From positions 1-34,141 of the forward strand of contig CAIZKT010000176.1 of NCBI GenBank assembly GCA_903933565.1: DNA of 34,141 nt, read 5' to 3'. Position numbers and translations under genes: made by a program. Positions 33,952 to 34,141 of the stretch are shown piece after piece. Under the pieces are notes generated by a model. That model worked only from the letters and a program-made list of their open reading frames with translations. It was not told the DNA's origin and did not search any database. This DNA is from an uncultured Victivallales bacterium. GTDB lineage: Bacteria; Verrucomicrobiota; Lentisphaeria; Oligosphaerales; JAFGRS01. Numbering within the stretch: the first letter of the stretch is position 1; the number at the start of each line of letters is the position of its first letter.

Positions 33952-34141
33952 GCGAGCCGCGGCCGCTCCATTTCCAGTGGACCGCCCGTGGCCTCACGGG
34001 CAGTGGCCGCGAGCCGCGGCCGCTCCAATTCCAGTGGACCGCCCGTGGCCTCACGGGCAGTGGCCGCGAGCCGCGGCCGCTCCAATTCCAGTGGACCGCC
34101 CGTGGCCTCACGGGCAGTGGCCGCGAGCCGCGGCCGCTCCA
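33952..34141. repeat. 57-bp palindromic (REP/BIME-like) tandem repeat, at least 3.3 copies, running off the window end
   Basis: Units start at 33952, 34009, 34066 and 34123, with a single T/A difference in the first copy. The array contains recurring hairpins GCCCGTG-GCCT-CACGGGC and GGCCGCG-AGC-CGCGGCC (the latter spans unit junctions). Confidence 0.92.

Noticed and set aside
33952-34141. CRISPR array
   Set aside because: Units are contiguous and essentially identical, with no unique spacers, and there are no cas genes in the window.

Overview
High-GC bacterial chromosome segment. The gene content and repeat style suggest a PVC-superphylum organism such as Lentisphaerota, but this is inference only. 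Left third is mostly housekeeping: a 5'-truncated AsmA-like protein, an orphan mreB, a YihY/BrkB protein, an FG-GAP-repeat protein, a GT2/HAD-IIA/M18-aminopeptidase operon, tmk-holB, an AT-rich intergenic cluster of DnaA-box-like sites and tRNA-Glu(CTC). The centre holds an AmrB-AmrA fusion, a GYF_2/RDD protein and the best candidate for an undescribed system. That candidate is a tightly coupled minus-strand operon: Tat-exported Gfo/Idh/MocA oxidoreductase, membrane-anchored 7-heme cytochrome c (OTR-like motif order, apparently lacking the catalytic heme II), small cytochrome-b-like membrane protein, and ApbE flavin transferase. It is transcribed divergently from three secreted beta-helix carbohydrate-active proteins, which are interrupted by a Phd/VapC pair whose toxin has an Asp-to-Ala change at a catalytic position. 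The right end contains a REP-flanked, internally deleted IS200/RAYT-like transposase relic bounded by 33-bp direct repeats, an out-of-frame deletion fusion of an SLC13 permease with an ABC substrate-binding gene, a DUF6785-like membrane protein and a 57-bp palindromic tandem repeat. All family calls come from motif recognition by eye; no searches were run.
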